64,000 bases of DNA from Psilocybe cubensis (lineage: Eukaryota): positions 3,162,001 through 3,226,000 of the forward strand of contig CM039004.1 of assembly GCA_017499595.2 (NCBI GenBank), read 5' to 3'. The notes beneath the pieces were generated by a model, which saw only the letters and a list, made by a program, of their open reading frames with translations, did not search any database and was not told the origin of the DNA. Numbering within the stretch: the stretch's first letter is position 1; every line of letters starts with the position of its first letter. The translations under genes and the position numbers were made by a program. Positions 48,921 through 60,981 of this stretch are shown here, piece after piece.

Positions 48921-49107
48921 CTATGACACTTCTTCTTGTCTCGCCACATTCAGTACACCTCTCCCGAACGCGGATGCGATAGCCTCGAATCTATTCTCCT
49001 CGACCTCCGCAAGGAATAAATCATGTCTATCAGCAAGCTTATCATCGCTCAGCTTGTTCTCGCGTATGACACCATGTTCGCGTGCATACGCGAGTCTACT
49101 TTGTTGT
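48921..49107 (-). pseudogene. VPS11: Second captured VPS11 fragment: extreme C-terminus
   Basis: Open frame QQSRLAYAREHGVIRENKLSDDKLADRHDLFLAEVEENRFEAIASAFGRGVLNVARQEEVS*, matching the Vps11 C-terminal segment that follows the RING finger. Confidence 0.8.
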
Positions 49108-50233
49108 CTATGGTTCCGGTCAGTAGAACGTTTTTGTGTTTAATAACAAGTCATTCGACAGAGCATACGCTGACTAGGATTAACCTGATTTTTTTAGACG
49201 ACAATGACGATCACCACTAGTGTTATTTTTAATATTGTCGATGCGGCAAGGCAGAACGCCTTGGCTACTCTTTCGTAGAGGTGGGGGCTAAACCGAACAT
49301 GTAAGTCAACAATGGGGTATTTGAGTGACTGTGTAAGATTCGTGTGCAGTGTTCAATCTCAGATACAAGCTGTTATGGATTTCTTTGTTTTGATAGGAAA
49401 TCGGAATTGTATACTTTTCGAGGCTTCTATTCTGGACTACATATGCATTCTGGGTTCATCATGTCACTCGACGACAGAAATGATTCAACTATTAACGACA
49501 AATAACCCAGACTTTACTACACCTGTTACTGTGTGAGATGCCCCTGGACCAGGCACTCAGGGACTGTTCCTCTGGCATTGGGGTCAAAAAAAAAAAAATG
49601 ATGTGGATGTTCATTGTCCCTACAGTTCTAGTCGTTTCTGAGTAAAAGAGTACAACATCATCAACAAACGTGAAAAGCTAGGATTTAATTGACGGCACTA
49701 CTGGGCAGACTTCCCGATGCCATCAAACACATGTCGTCGTGTTATTGACATGCGTACACGTAGGGTCTATACTGTACAGTATCTAGGTAAGCTTTGAGAT
49801 CAAGATGGGAGCTGAAGTCGCTTGGACGGGCAGAGGCGAAGGGTTATGATGAAGCTCATGCATCAAGAAAACCGCCATGTACAGAGGAAAGGTGCGAGGA
49901 TGTTAGAACATTAAATTGGTACGGCGTTCCATAATCGAAGAATAGAGGGCATCGCCACGCATATACTCGACATCAGTAAACTTTTGGACGTAGAGATCTG
50001 CCGTACATCGCGCCTACAAACTTTCCACTCAACCTCTACGCTTCCGGATGGTTTTCGACAACAAGGTTCTACAAACCACTATAATACCCTTTGCTTTTAC
50101 ATGTATAGGCATATACGACTCATAGTTTCAATTTGATACCGAGTCGCACATCATACTTGCTGTGTATGGATGAAACGGTCGCATAAATGCGCGTATGATG
50201 AAGTTTGTGAGTGTCTGCATTTGCAACTAGGGC

Positions 50234-50548
50234 TGTGACATCCCTAGCTTTTCCCATCTTCGTTATCTTCCTTTTGTTATCTTATCTATGTTTCAACTTC
50301 ATTCCTATTCCGTCGATCACCTGAGACTGATTAGATTACTTCCCTTCGGCTAGATTGTATATTATTCATCTTCCTTTTCTCCCTTGGCTTTGTTACTTGA
50401 TTCGGATTCTGATTACCTTGGCTAGCTAGTCCTACAGTATAAATACATTCATGTTTCTACTGTAGACCCCAGCGAACAACGAACACTTACACTTATCTTT
50501 CGAATGTTCCCGCTTCCCTACCTAATCTCCCCGTGTGCCAGAACGACA
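50234..50548 (+). mobile_element. Probable LTR of a truncated LTR retrotransposon (plus short leader to ~50705)
   Basis: TGTGACA...ACGACA ends, pyrimidine-rich body and internal TATAAATA. Flanking 5-mers do not match, so it is not a clean solo LTR. Confidence 0.45.
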
Positions 50549-50730
50549 TTATCGTTACCTCCCAGTCACGATAGTCACTTCTGTCGCATTCGTGGTGTCC
50601 CTCTCTCCCAATCATCGCAACACAAACCCAATACAACACTATCAACACCAACACACCTAGCTCCTGGACCCCCTCATTGCATACCATTTCCAGTACCAAC
50701 GATCACTTTTCCAGGAGGGAATACACAGTT

Positions 50731-51120
50731 TCACTTCAAGACAGTCTCGAACACAAATTCCATACGCTCCGCCGTACGTACGCTCGCCTTGTTCGGCCAA
50801 TTCGCGTGCCGTAGGCCGATTCCGTTCGACGATGGTAGGTCCAGTGTGTAGTACAGTAACATTCGAACGGTGTGTGTGGTGATGTGCGTGCGCTGGAACG
50901 GTAGGAAGATGATCGCATACCCGATCTCGGTCTGTAGGTCTATGACAGATGTATGTGTGAAACCGATGATACGCAGTATGGTCTGGAGTTCGTCGGATAT
51001 GACAAAGGTAACTGATCCAGAGTTGGTATGGATGTTCACGAGGTAGTCATTTGTGAACGCGTCCAAGTCTGCAAAGGGCTTCATGGGTAGCAGGTCGGAT
51101 ACGTGGGGACACACTTGCAT
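50731..51120 (-). CDS. Hypothetical protein (orphan ORF, 129 aa)
   Basis: Open frame with protein-like composition; no family recognised; start uncertain. Confidence 0.35.
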   Translation of the reverse strand: MQVCPHVSDLLPMKPFADLDAFTNDYLVNIHTNSGSVTFVISDELQTILRIIGFTHTSVIDLQTEIGYAIIFLPFQRTHITTHTVRMLLYYTLDLPSSNGIGLRHANWPNKASVRTAERMEFVFETVLK

Positions 51121-52399
51121 TTGTGTAATTACAGGAAGAACGTGTTCCGAAGGCTACAATGCTTGCGTCAAGGTACAGTAGAATGTACAGTGCTAGAAAG
51201 GACGTACAACGAGAGGTACGAGTTTAACGTTGTTAGCTCTCTAGAAATAGAGGTAGAGGGAAGCAAAAGTTGCTATCCTGTGTGGACATTAGAGGAATAT
51301 GTCGGGACCGTTCGGTAGCACCAACCAAGTGTTTGCTTTTACATCGGATAAGAAAATGATTTGACAAGGAAGTAATAATCCTAGCGGTGATATTAGATAA
51401 TGTCAAATGGCTTTACTGTGGCTCAGCAGTTGCGTCGTGCTGTGGACATCGCGCGTGTTGTAGGTCCATATTCTATCGTCACGTCCGTAGCCGAGAAACT
51501 GCATGAAATATCTAGCATGTGATGTCACAAGTTATGATATAATATTAGAAAACAATTAGCGGGGATCTAAGTGTAAAGTGTAGTATGTTTGCGTAGGCGG
51601 ATATGCTTGAAGAGACTGACACTCGGTACTGACTTTTTCCTGATAATTTCATGCCACATTTAGTCCTCGAACAAATCCAAACCAGTTCCAAATACAGCGT
51701 TGCACTTGTTCCGAACAAGTACCTTGCTTGAAGCCGGGCGCAAGACAAGAATTCCAGCGCATGCAACCCCAAGGCATAGCGTTAGAAGCAGTAGAAAATC
51801 TCGTGTTTTTGAGATGTCCATCAGCAAGATGTGTGATAAGATAATTGGCACAATGGAATTTACATATTCCATCCTCTTGTATTACTCGATGTTTTGTACA
51901 TGCGTCGACATCGGCAGAGACCCGTCTATGTCTTTTGTGGTCTTCTTCATGATGCTCTTGAGTTTGACCTGACTGTTGTTGGTCATGTCTGTCATGGGAT
52001 TATTATCTTGGTCGCCTTAGGTTCTTTATCCATTGCTCTTCCCTTTGACTAACGCCTTCCAGATGGAGAAACCTGTGCCAAATATACTGAGCTGGAAGTG
52101 TGTGTATCAATCCTGTGTGTGCTCGGATGATATGGGTTGCATGTTCCAAGTAAATGCGTCCGGTCAGTAGCATGTAATTTGGACGCGGTTGGTTGGGCTA
52201 TTATATACGCAGGCATTTATCGGTTATGGGAACTAGGCATCCTGCCCATGTAATATAACGAAAAGCGTAGGCTTACAGACAATGTTTGATGTCTCGACAT
52301 GTATCTAAATTATATGTCGGAGTACACACCTGTCTATTACACATCTAATTACATATCCGAGTCGTTGTTCGAGTACATCGCGGTCGAGTGGCGATTACA

Positions 52400-53758
52400 T
52401 TAAGAACGATTAGTATTTTTTCCTCCTCTACCCGATCGAAGCCGGTTTTTGGAATTGGTTTCAGGTGCATCAACATGCACGTAGTCGTCATCTAACACGG
52501 GTTCGTCGTTCATATTGATGTCTTCCTCTTTCTCGACATGACCTTTCCTTCGATAGGAGTCTTCTTCTTGGTTGTATGAATCATGCAACCTAATCCGTTT
52601 TACTGGTCTAGGAGAATGATCTGGTTAAAAAAAGATACCTTGCGCATTAGATGAATATCGACCATAATAAAGCTTAGCAACTAACCATCTGTGAACTCGA
52701 CGATGTCCCCGGCGCAAAGTAAATTGAACGACTCGTCAACGGATGGGAAGAGTGAATGATCGGCTTTAGAATGTATTTGCTCCGGTAATTTCCCTACCCT
52801 TACAAATTCTATAGGAATGATTTCCGGCCACCAATAGCCACCAGTAACAACAAACCCTAGCTTGAATGTCATCCAAATAATGTCTCCTTGCTTGAAGGTA
52901 GGTTCGTTAGAGTCCGCAAGACTGCTAATTCGATTTTCCGTAAATTCAAAGTATTTCGGTCTGTCTGGGTTCGGTATTTGATGAGCTTCAGGGAATCGTG
53001 TTATGCCTTCCTTCAGCCAAGGGTGAACTTCATAAGGGACTTTATATTCGCCACCCTCTTTGGTATTGAATGCTGAACGGTTCGCGAAAACTCGAGTGTT
53101 AATGATATATTTATCTCTATTAGTCGAGCTGCGACCGTTCTGCCATGGTCTACGAGGTCTGTTCCCTTTGTTAAATCCAGGTTGACGGCATACATGATCT
53201 TCAAAAATCTTCCCGTCATTGGCGGTCATAGAACGGAATTAATATAGTGTAGGAAGATACCTTGATATTGTCCCATATGCTAGTATCGCGGGATGTGTCG
53301 AAGGCGTAACTAAATTTACATTTAAACGATGGTTCATCTTGACTATTAATTGATATGAAAAGTGGTATTAATATACAATGATACTTTACATGCAAATTCA
53401 CTTACATTTGCCCGTCAGGTACGCCTTCGGGTGCCTCCTCTCCATACGGTACAAAATTTCCGGTTTCGAGGTCAGTAGTCCATTTCCATATACCCGCGTG
53501 TACTAGTACAGCCACTTTCCCTGTGACAGTGTCACAGACCTGTAAGCGCGGACTATGGTCAACCGATATATTTTGTGATTTAGTATGAGCAGTGAGACTG
53601 ACTATCCATTTCGAATTATTTAAACCTGGTCGTGCTACCACCAAAGGGTCGTTCGTATTCAAGGAGATGGCCGCTTTCGTGAAGGTGATGTCCTCCTTTC
53701 TTAATTTCTTTGACTGCCATATAGTCATTATGTCAGATATTTCTTGTGTGTGAGACAT
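52400..53758 (-). CDS. Intact 4-exon orphan gene (~390 aa), possible ssDNA-binding/OB-fold-like protein with acidic and basic tail
   Basis: TATAAAAG upstream (~53840); GT..AG introns join ORFs 53402-53758, 53216-53401, 52681-53229 and 52400-52588 in frame; beta-rich FKQGDIIWMTFKLGFVV...WWPEIIPIEFVRVG; NLS-like PVKRIRL; D/E-rich tail. Confidence 0.72.
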
Positions 53759-54108
53759 AATGGAAGTCGAGTGTAAAATGTGATAAGAAGGGGTCGTTCA
53801 ACTGGTACAATCGAATATAACCTGTTGAAGTATATTCTTTTATAGCTGTATCATGTCGTAAAATGTGTCTACAATGCTAAGGCCAATGTTTTTTCAACTT
53901 TGGAAGGGTATAGTAATCGTGATGATATAATACAATTTGATCCAAATGCGGGATGGTTGTGCTTTTTGCAACGTAATTAAGATTAGTAATATGAGTAATA
54001 CGTCGCACGTAAGTGGGAGGATGCTTACGAGCAATTTTCTGACTGATTCGTCGTATATATCATCGTACAGCGAAGAAGTGTTCTGTTGCTACCGAACAAT
54101 ATATTCGA

Positions 54109-54284
54109 ATGGCCGACCACGACTACGCAAAGGATACTCTTTTCACTTCGATGGCATGTTTACCCCCAAATTTAATCTACCGGATAATGTCGTTCTGTCA
54201 CTTAGAACAGTTGATCGCAATGAGAGGGACTTCACGTCTCACTCGAGAAATTGTTCAGTCGTACGTCAGGTACATCTGGGGTTT
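54109..54284 (+). CDS. F-box domain protein, 5' part only (cut by assembly gap)
   Basis: MADHD...LPPNLIYRIMSFCHLEQLIAMRGTSRLTREIV fits the F-box pattern LP-x-E/N-L-x3-I-x-S-F...L-x-x-V/T-S/C-R. Confidence 0.7.
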
Positions 54285-54384
54285 NNNNNNNNNNNNNNNN
54301 NNNNNNNNNNNNNNNNNNNNNNNNNNNNNNNNNNNNNNNNNNNNNNNNNNNNNNNNNNNNNNNNNNNNNNNNNNNNNNNNNNNN
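54285..54384. other. Assembly gap (100 N)
   Basis: Run of N; base composition changes abruptly across it. Confidence 0.99.
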
Positions 54385-54876
54385 TTCCGGCACGGGCCCA
54401 CACCCCACTTCTGGTGAAGAGCACGAAGACGGCGAAGCAGAGACCACAGACGCAGCCGATGACGAAGACGAAGACGAAGAGGAGGAAGAAAAATGCCACC
54501 TCGAATCCTCTGACATATCGAGGAACGACTTCATATCCTCCTGTACCTCTGTAATATCCCTGCGCGCCCATCCTGACGTCGTCGTCGACGTGGATCTCGA
54601 CGTTGCCGTCGACCGAGATGTGGCTGTGAAGTTTTGAACGAGCGATCGACAGCGAGTCAGATTTCGCCCTCGACCATGCCGACGGCGCCACCGAATGTGC
54701 GCGAGATCCGACTGTGCGAACAGACCGTGCTGACATCGACATCGACATTGGTGCGGACCACGCGGGAGGGTGCTATCGATGGCGTGCGCGATGCAGAGGG
54801 TCCGAGGCGGGTTGCAGACCATGCTGACGGTGATATTGACGGTGTAGGAGGCTGTTTTTCCCGCTGTCGATTGCTG

Positions 54877-56557
54877 CTACTTCCACCAGCTCTCCCGGAG
54901 CGGTGGCGCGAGCGTGAGCGAGAGCGGGTCTTGGGGTCTGGTACTCCGTGTACGTGTTGAGCGGTTCTGCGATCTCACTGTCCCAGTCGACTTGCCGTCA
55001 GATAGGAGGCTCAAGTTACTACTTGACGGATGGCGCCCTCCATCCCGTGGCTGGTTTGCAGTATAGTCAGCTGAAAGATATGCTGGATCTTTGATACCCG
55101 GACCGGTTTGACTATCGCCTACATTTCCATCGCCGTCGTCATCGTCATCGATAACGAGCCACGCAAGCTCTTCTGTGTCGACATCCGTAGGGAGCTGAAG
55201 CCGATGAGGGAAACTCTTCTGGCTGTAGAATGACACAGACGTCGCCACGGAAGGCGAGCGCAGCTTTGACCTTCGCTTCTCCATGTTCAGCTGTTTGAGT
55301 TGCTGATGGTCTCCATGTGGATGAAGGTATTGAGGACCTGTCTGAGGTTGTGGTTGAGGTCGAAGATTTGATGTCGGGCCGCGCAACGCGTCCACGTCGT
55401 TCTCCTGCATTGAAGCAGATGCACATATCGTACGGAACGTCGATTCGTTGGAGTACAGCGATTCAGCAGGACGTGCAGGACGCACAGGAACCACCAGCGG
55501 ACTCGTTGTTTGTGCATGAACCAGGACGTCCGGTGGAGGAAGAAGAGGAGGATTCGGGACCAAAGTAGCCGTCGAAGATGCAGAAGCATGTCGAACACCA
55601 TCTACCTCCTTCTCTACCTTCTCCTTCTCCTTTACTTGTACCAGGGCATCGTTTGTTTTTGCTCGCGGCCTGGTGGGCCGGTTTAGCCACAGCGAGTCGG
55701 TGTTGAGGTTTGGCAAAAGGAGCACACTTGTCGTCGACATATGCATATTCGTGCGCAGGGTTGGCGTATGTAACCGTGTAGGCCCAGCGGCTACAGGTTT
55801 CTGCGTTATCGGAGAACGGCCCTGGCTTTGGCTTCGAACCTTTTCTGATTTTTTCTGAGCCTGCACCTGAGCCTGGGCCTTTGAATTTGCGTTTGACTTG
55901 GTTTGCTTCATGTTCTCTGTCTCTTCGATGTACGTGGATGGCCGTGGTCGCCGCGTACGCTGCTCCTTCGCGTCCTGGAGTTTGATCCTAGTAGTGACAG
56001 TGGGTTTGGTGGTCGTTGAGGAGGACGAGGTGTAGGAGGAGATGCGCCCAATAATACTATGGGCGTCGCCAATAGTACGCCTCCTCTTCAATCGAGCAGC
56101 ACCTGAACAAAAGCCAAATCAAACGTCAGCATAAAACATCACATCGCAAAACACATATATGGGAGGCATTTCGTGCGTAAAAAAAGCACAATAGGGAAGA
56201 AATGGATGACATACGCCGAGATTCAGATTCCTCCAGGGCAGTTATGTCATCGGCGTCGTATCTTTGGGCCCTCACTGTAGGCGCTGTACCAATGGCAGAT
56301 CCCGGTTGCAGGCTTGGCCTTCGCGCAAAATAATACGAATATGGAGTTTTGGCCCCAGTCAGTCTGTACACTTCGTACATAGGGAGGAGCTCGTCTTTCA
56401 CATCGCTATCGCAGTGGTCGGCATGAGGAAACACCACCTTCTTCGTTACAGTAGCCATGGGTGGCAGAGGAGGCTTGGAACGAGGCACTGGTGGTATCGT
56501 CGGAATCCGCTTTCGAGTCGACGGCGATGACGGCGAGAGTGACTGTCTCGTCCGCAT
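54877..56557 (-). CDS. Hypothetical low-complexity (S/T/P/R-rich) protein, at least 2 exons
   Basis: ORF 56126-56557 is joined by a GTATGT..CAG intron in frame to the 404-aa ORF 54877-56091; the 3' end is uncertain. Confidence 0.6.
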
Positions 56558-57462
56558 TGTGTTCGCCTGCCAGTCAGTCGCCCGTCAGTCGGTCGTACGT
56601 AGATGTAGTTTCTATTTGACGAAGCAGGTGAGGTAGTGTCAGGGGAGAAACGGGCATAAGCAGGTCAAGATACTGCTACCCGCCCTGACTCGAGATAGTA
56701 TAGTTAGCTTCACTCTGATTGCTAGAAAGCTTGATCCATGATCCTTGAAATCCCCGACTCTTAACTGACCCAGCCGCATTTAAAGCACGACAAAGCCCGT
56801 TCTCGCAGCACTCTGAACCGCAACTACAATTATAGATTTTGTGCATTTCAAGTTATATTTCGAAAGGGTGCGACCTCTTAATGGAGGATGACCCAGTCTG
56901 AGATGGATTCTGTACCCGGTTTCCATGAAACTCGTCTATGTAGGTCGGGCACATAACCTGCCCTCACCTAATCAGTAGGAGCAGGAGCAGGAGTACTAGG
57001 AATCACTGACTAGCAAGCGCGTCTAGACCCAGGCATTAGGGGACGGGGTAAACGATACACTGAGAAAGTTCGGCCGCGGGCACCTCCTAAAGTCTCATCA
57101 GCTGAGGAGTGTGCGCGTTTAGGATGTCCAGGGGCCTCTTCCTTGACTACGACGCAGCACTCGAGGTAGTCTTCTCTTCTTCATGCTCTGGTAAAAATTT
57201 CATTTATCAACGAGATGGTGCATTTATCAAAACAGCGGTGTTTCTCTTAAAACATTGTTGACACATGTCAGTGAAGGGCGTCCGGGAAAATGCGAGGACG
57301 ACTATCACAATCAATTTGGGAATACGGCCTTCACTAATGAGATGACCTGCTATGTCATCTCAGTCTGTTATAAGTGCAATCGTATATCTCTGGAATGAAA
57401 CTGTTGCCACTTTCGATTGAGATTAAAGCACGGGTAATAATTAAGAAGGTCAAGGATCGCTA

Positions 57463-59302
57463 TTATAGATCAGTGGTGGAAAGAAGACCTTTCCAGATAA
57501 AATCCCTAGCGTTTCCACCTGATTCCGTGTACTTGCTAAGGAAAATCTCATCGTAGAATGAGTTATCTAGAACACAGGTCAGCTCATTGACTACTGATCC
57601 GGATACCAATGTGCTAACCTTTTCCAATAGCCATGCGTTTCTTCCAGATCTCGAAAACGGCTAGTGCTTCCTGCATACTCAGCTTCGCCGGGACTTCAAG
57701 TTTTCTGAGGCCTTCAGTGTACGCCAGCATATCCTTGCTGCGCTTGAGGTATGGAGACACAGGGTATGCATCTAGCTCTTGTAACTGCAGAGCATCGCGG
57801 AGTTCAAGAGGCAGAGGGTAGTTGGATTGAGATAGAGAAAGGGCTCCAAAAACTGCACCACGAGCCTAAAAACGGATCAAACAGCGTCAATACTACCCAT
57901 GACACCAAAACAATTGAAAAGGGGCGCACAAAGTTTCTCCTCCCGGAAGCGTATTCCATGATCATTCTTGGTATTGACAGGTGGTATGACCTAATGGCGT
58001 CGAAATGTGGATCTCGGTAAGCGGTCTTACCGTACAAAGCCTGGAAATCGTCAACCGCCAGAAGTACGGGATATCTGTTGAAGCACATATCAGCTTTTGC
58101 GATGGTTTTTAACGAACACGAAACTGACTGTGTTTGGACCTCCAAAGATTTCATGACAGCTTCCAGGATAGCGGGAGACTGTCCTATTGATCTCTCCTTC
58201 TCCGCGATGGCGATTTCAATAACGGCGGACAGTGGCGTACCGGCGCGCACGGTTTGCCTTTCTAGCACAAGGTCTTCCGACAGCTGGATTTTAGATAACG
58301 CGCCTCCGTTAACTGTTAGCATGCGCTGCAAGATCTGGAAGGAATACGAGGGTTGTTGATAGGTTTGTGTGCGGATGTTATACACGTAGGGGGTGGTTGA
58401 GTTAACGAGGTTGACGGCTTAGTTGTAACACATCAATACACAGGTATGGGGAACTGGTATAATAATGGCACACCTCGAGGGATATAAATGACCACCCATC
58501 CGTCTTGAATAGTACACTCTACAATTTGGAGCAAAAGCACACTCTTCCCTGACCCTGCGCGACCAGCTTAAGCGGAATATTATGAGTCTGCGTCCCCTCG
58601 GATAGAAGACGAGACTCACTCAGCACTACACGAGAGTCAAGACTTGGCGTGCCCTTCGAATGGGATACAAACCTCAGAGCTTCTTGGGTGATCTCTCGTA
58701 CAACATTATATGGTTTGGTGAGAACGGTATACTATGTAAACAGAATTTAGGCTTCAATCATTCTGTAGAATCAGAAAATTTATTTAGATCATACCTCATA
58801 TTTCAGATTTCTGGGAGCACCATAAACGTTCAATGGGTCAGGACGATTCATTTCGAATTTTCTGATCTGGTAGAGTGACGAGGGAGTACGCGCCACATTA
58901 CTCTTCAGTGGCAATGATTCAAGGGACCCGACCGTATTTCCATTGAAGAGCTCGTGAACCATCTGTGAGGCTGGAAGTCTTTGCAACTGTTTGAAGGTCT
59001 AACGGAGTGCAAATCGCTTAGCGTGGAGAAGTTATGATGTTTTGAAAAACATACAGGTATTTTCCTCCTCAGTTTTTCATTTGGGTCCTTCTTTTGAAAG
59101 TATCCGGGTTCTGAAAAACGGTCAATATGCTGGTATTTATGAAAAAGGGCGTCATACGCGAGGGTGTCCCAGGAACTGGACGCGTGGAGGAATGTCTCCG
59201 CGGCACAACAGCTCCAGAGCGTCCTAGGACCACTGCTGCCGCTGCCGTGGTTGCCGTTGACCTGGAAGGTCCTGCTCTAGCTGCAGGAGCCAGAAGCGAC
59301 AT
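57463..59302 (-). CDS. RSM23: Mitochondrial small-subunit ribosomal protein mS29 (Rsm23/DAP3), multi-exon
   Basis: Targeting-peptide-like MSLLAPAARAGPSR; GCGKSVLLLQ P-loop region; YPVLLAVDDFQALY...YRDPHF; C-terminal YTESGGNARDFIWKGLL. Confidence 0.88.
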
Positions 59303-60585
59303 TTTGGAACTGAAAACACGAAAATGTTGGGCATTGAATGACGTTGGCTGAAGATGTTTCTTGGAAAGTACCTTGTTATGAGTTGGTATATGGTAGGATA
59401 TTGGGAGTTCCTACGCCGAAGATGAAGAAACGCGGTCGGCGTGGACGTTGGGGGAGGCCACTGCCAGCGACGATGAGCGAGGAACTGTCGACGGTCGGAA
59501 GAGAAAATAAGTCACGGGACCATGGAAGTTCAGACGCCGCCAAACCCGATTGTTGCCGAGCTTGTGCCGCTTCAAGGTACACTTCCTCCCATTGCGTACC
59601 AATATCATTTTTGAACATTTCTCACTTTTCCTTATACTTGAGTTGCCCCAAATCTATCGTACGGCTTCGAGAGGCTTAAATTGTGTCATTTTCCTATCGC
59701 CACTAAGCGACTAATTTCATCCTATCGTTACAATTGCTCGCATGCGACCTCTTGATCATGCGTTTATGGCGCCTGGACTTGCAATCCGAGGTATGGTCTC
59801 AAGACTTACTAGCAGTGCATGAAATTTTAGGTTTTGTTTTTTCGCTGGAGTGAAATTCATTGTTATAAACTGTGGAGCATTTAACGACCACCCTCTGGAG
59901 CCTTCCCTGAATCAAGTGACCGAATCGATTTCCCTAAATCCTGTTCCAACGCACGCGTAGCAATCATCAGCTAAATCACGACAATGATCGATGGATTAAG
60001 TGTGAACTTTGGCTGGTGTGTTGCTGCGTGATTTGCTTCTGAGGACATTCTTACTGACGGGCCGTTCGCTCTGGATATCTCGGGGACAGAATTTTTGGCT
60101 TGCTAGATCCATTCGATCAGGGCAGGAAATTAACTGGTGATTCCTAGTCCACAGTTATGTTTTTGAACCTGAAAGGTGTAGAAGCGTTAGTCTACCCACT
60201 AATTATAAAGCGAGGTCAAAAAGATGTTAAGTGTCCTGAGCGCTCTTTGAACACGCCCAATTCAAGTGGGAACAACTCCCCGAGTGAACAGCCACGCAGA
60301 CCAAGTACTAGACCTTTCTGTAAACAAATCAGTTTAATTGAACTTCAATTCATCAGAGGGTTAGACCGATAGTCATCAATAATGTGTGTCTTTTGTTTGA
60401 ATAGATATATTGTACAAAAAGATATTGATTGACTAGCACTGTAATGGAATCGTGGATCGGTTGGATGCGCTCGACTTCACCACACCAGGGGGCTAAGAGA
60501 TCTATGACAGTAGAACGTCGGCTTCATCCAGCTTCGACCTTCGATCTTGGGATTCCTGGGAAATTCAGTTAAAGTTGACAAACTC

Positions 60586-60981
60586 CTAATACAAATACGA
60601 AAGCTCGCACACCTCTGTGCCCATCGTGACAAGCGTCAGCACAACCACGAACGCCATGACCGTCAACAACGACGGCAAAAACGCATACACGAATAGCGAA
60701 GAAGTTATCAGTGCAGCTGCAGGTGACACCGCAGTCTGTTCTGCGCTGTTGCGCCGCTGACGATTTCGAGTGGGCGGCGACGAGCTGGTGAGGGCGTACA
60801 TAGACTCTGCACTTCGTTTGGTGCGCTTTGTGATGGCACGCGATGTCCGTGGGGGAAACTCGACACTGGAAGCGGAACTCTGCCGCGGATGAGAACGCGT
60901 CTGCTGCACCCAGTTGGATACGCGGCGCTGGGATGCAAGGTACTCGTAGTACCTCGGGGGGTATGTGTCGCTATCTGCCAT
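60586..60981 (-). CDS. Small hypothetical membrane protein
   Basis: 131-aa ORF with a C-terminal hydrophobic hairpin (AAALITSSLFVYAFLPSLLTVMAFVVVLTLV); a further 3' exon is likely. Confidence 0.5.
   Translation of the reverse strand: MADSDTYPPRYYEYLASQRRVSNWVQQTRSHPRQSSASSVEFPPRTSRAITKRTKRSAESMYALTSSSPPTRNRQRRNSAEQTAVSPAAALITSSLFVYAFLPSLLTVMAFVVVLTLVTMGTEVCELSYLY

Larger units (their letters stand above)
23546..54284 (-). mobile_element. Helitron-anchored accessory/cargo block (far boundary uncertain; may be composite)
   Basis: RepHel plus 3' hairpin at one end. No intact conserved housekeeping genes across ~31 kb, but captured gene fragments, nested MITEs and orphan genes, up to the assembly gap. 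Confidence 0.45.

Noticed and set aside
48921-49300. VPS11 C-terminal piece as terminal exon of a new chimeric gene via intron 49168-49108
   Set aside because: Splice signals look plausible, but the upstream exon has an in-frame stop just before the donor.
51545-51995. Small minus-strand gene with hydrophobic segment
   Set aside because: An in-frame TAA interrupts it and there is no recognisable homology; cannot be supported beyond a possible pseudogene.
53937-54822. ORFs spanning the N run
   Set aside because: Artefacts of translating through the gap; the two sides are unrelated.
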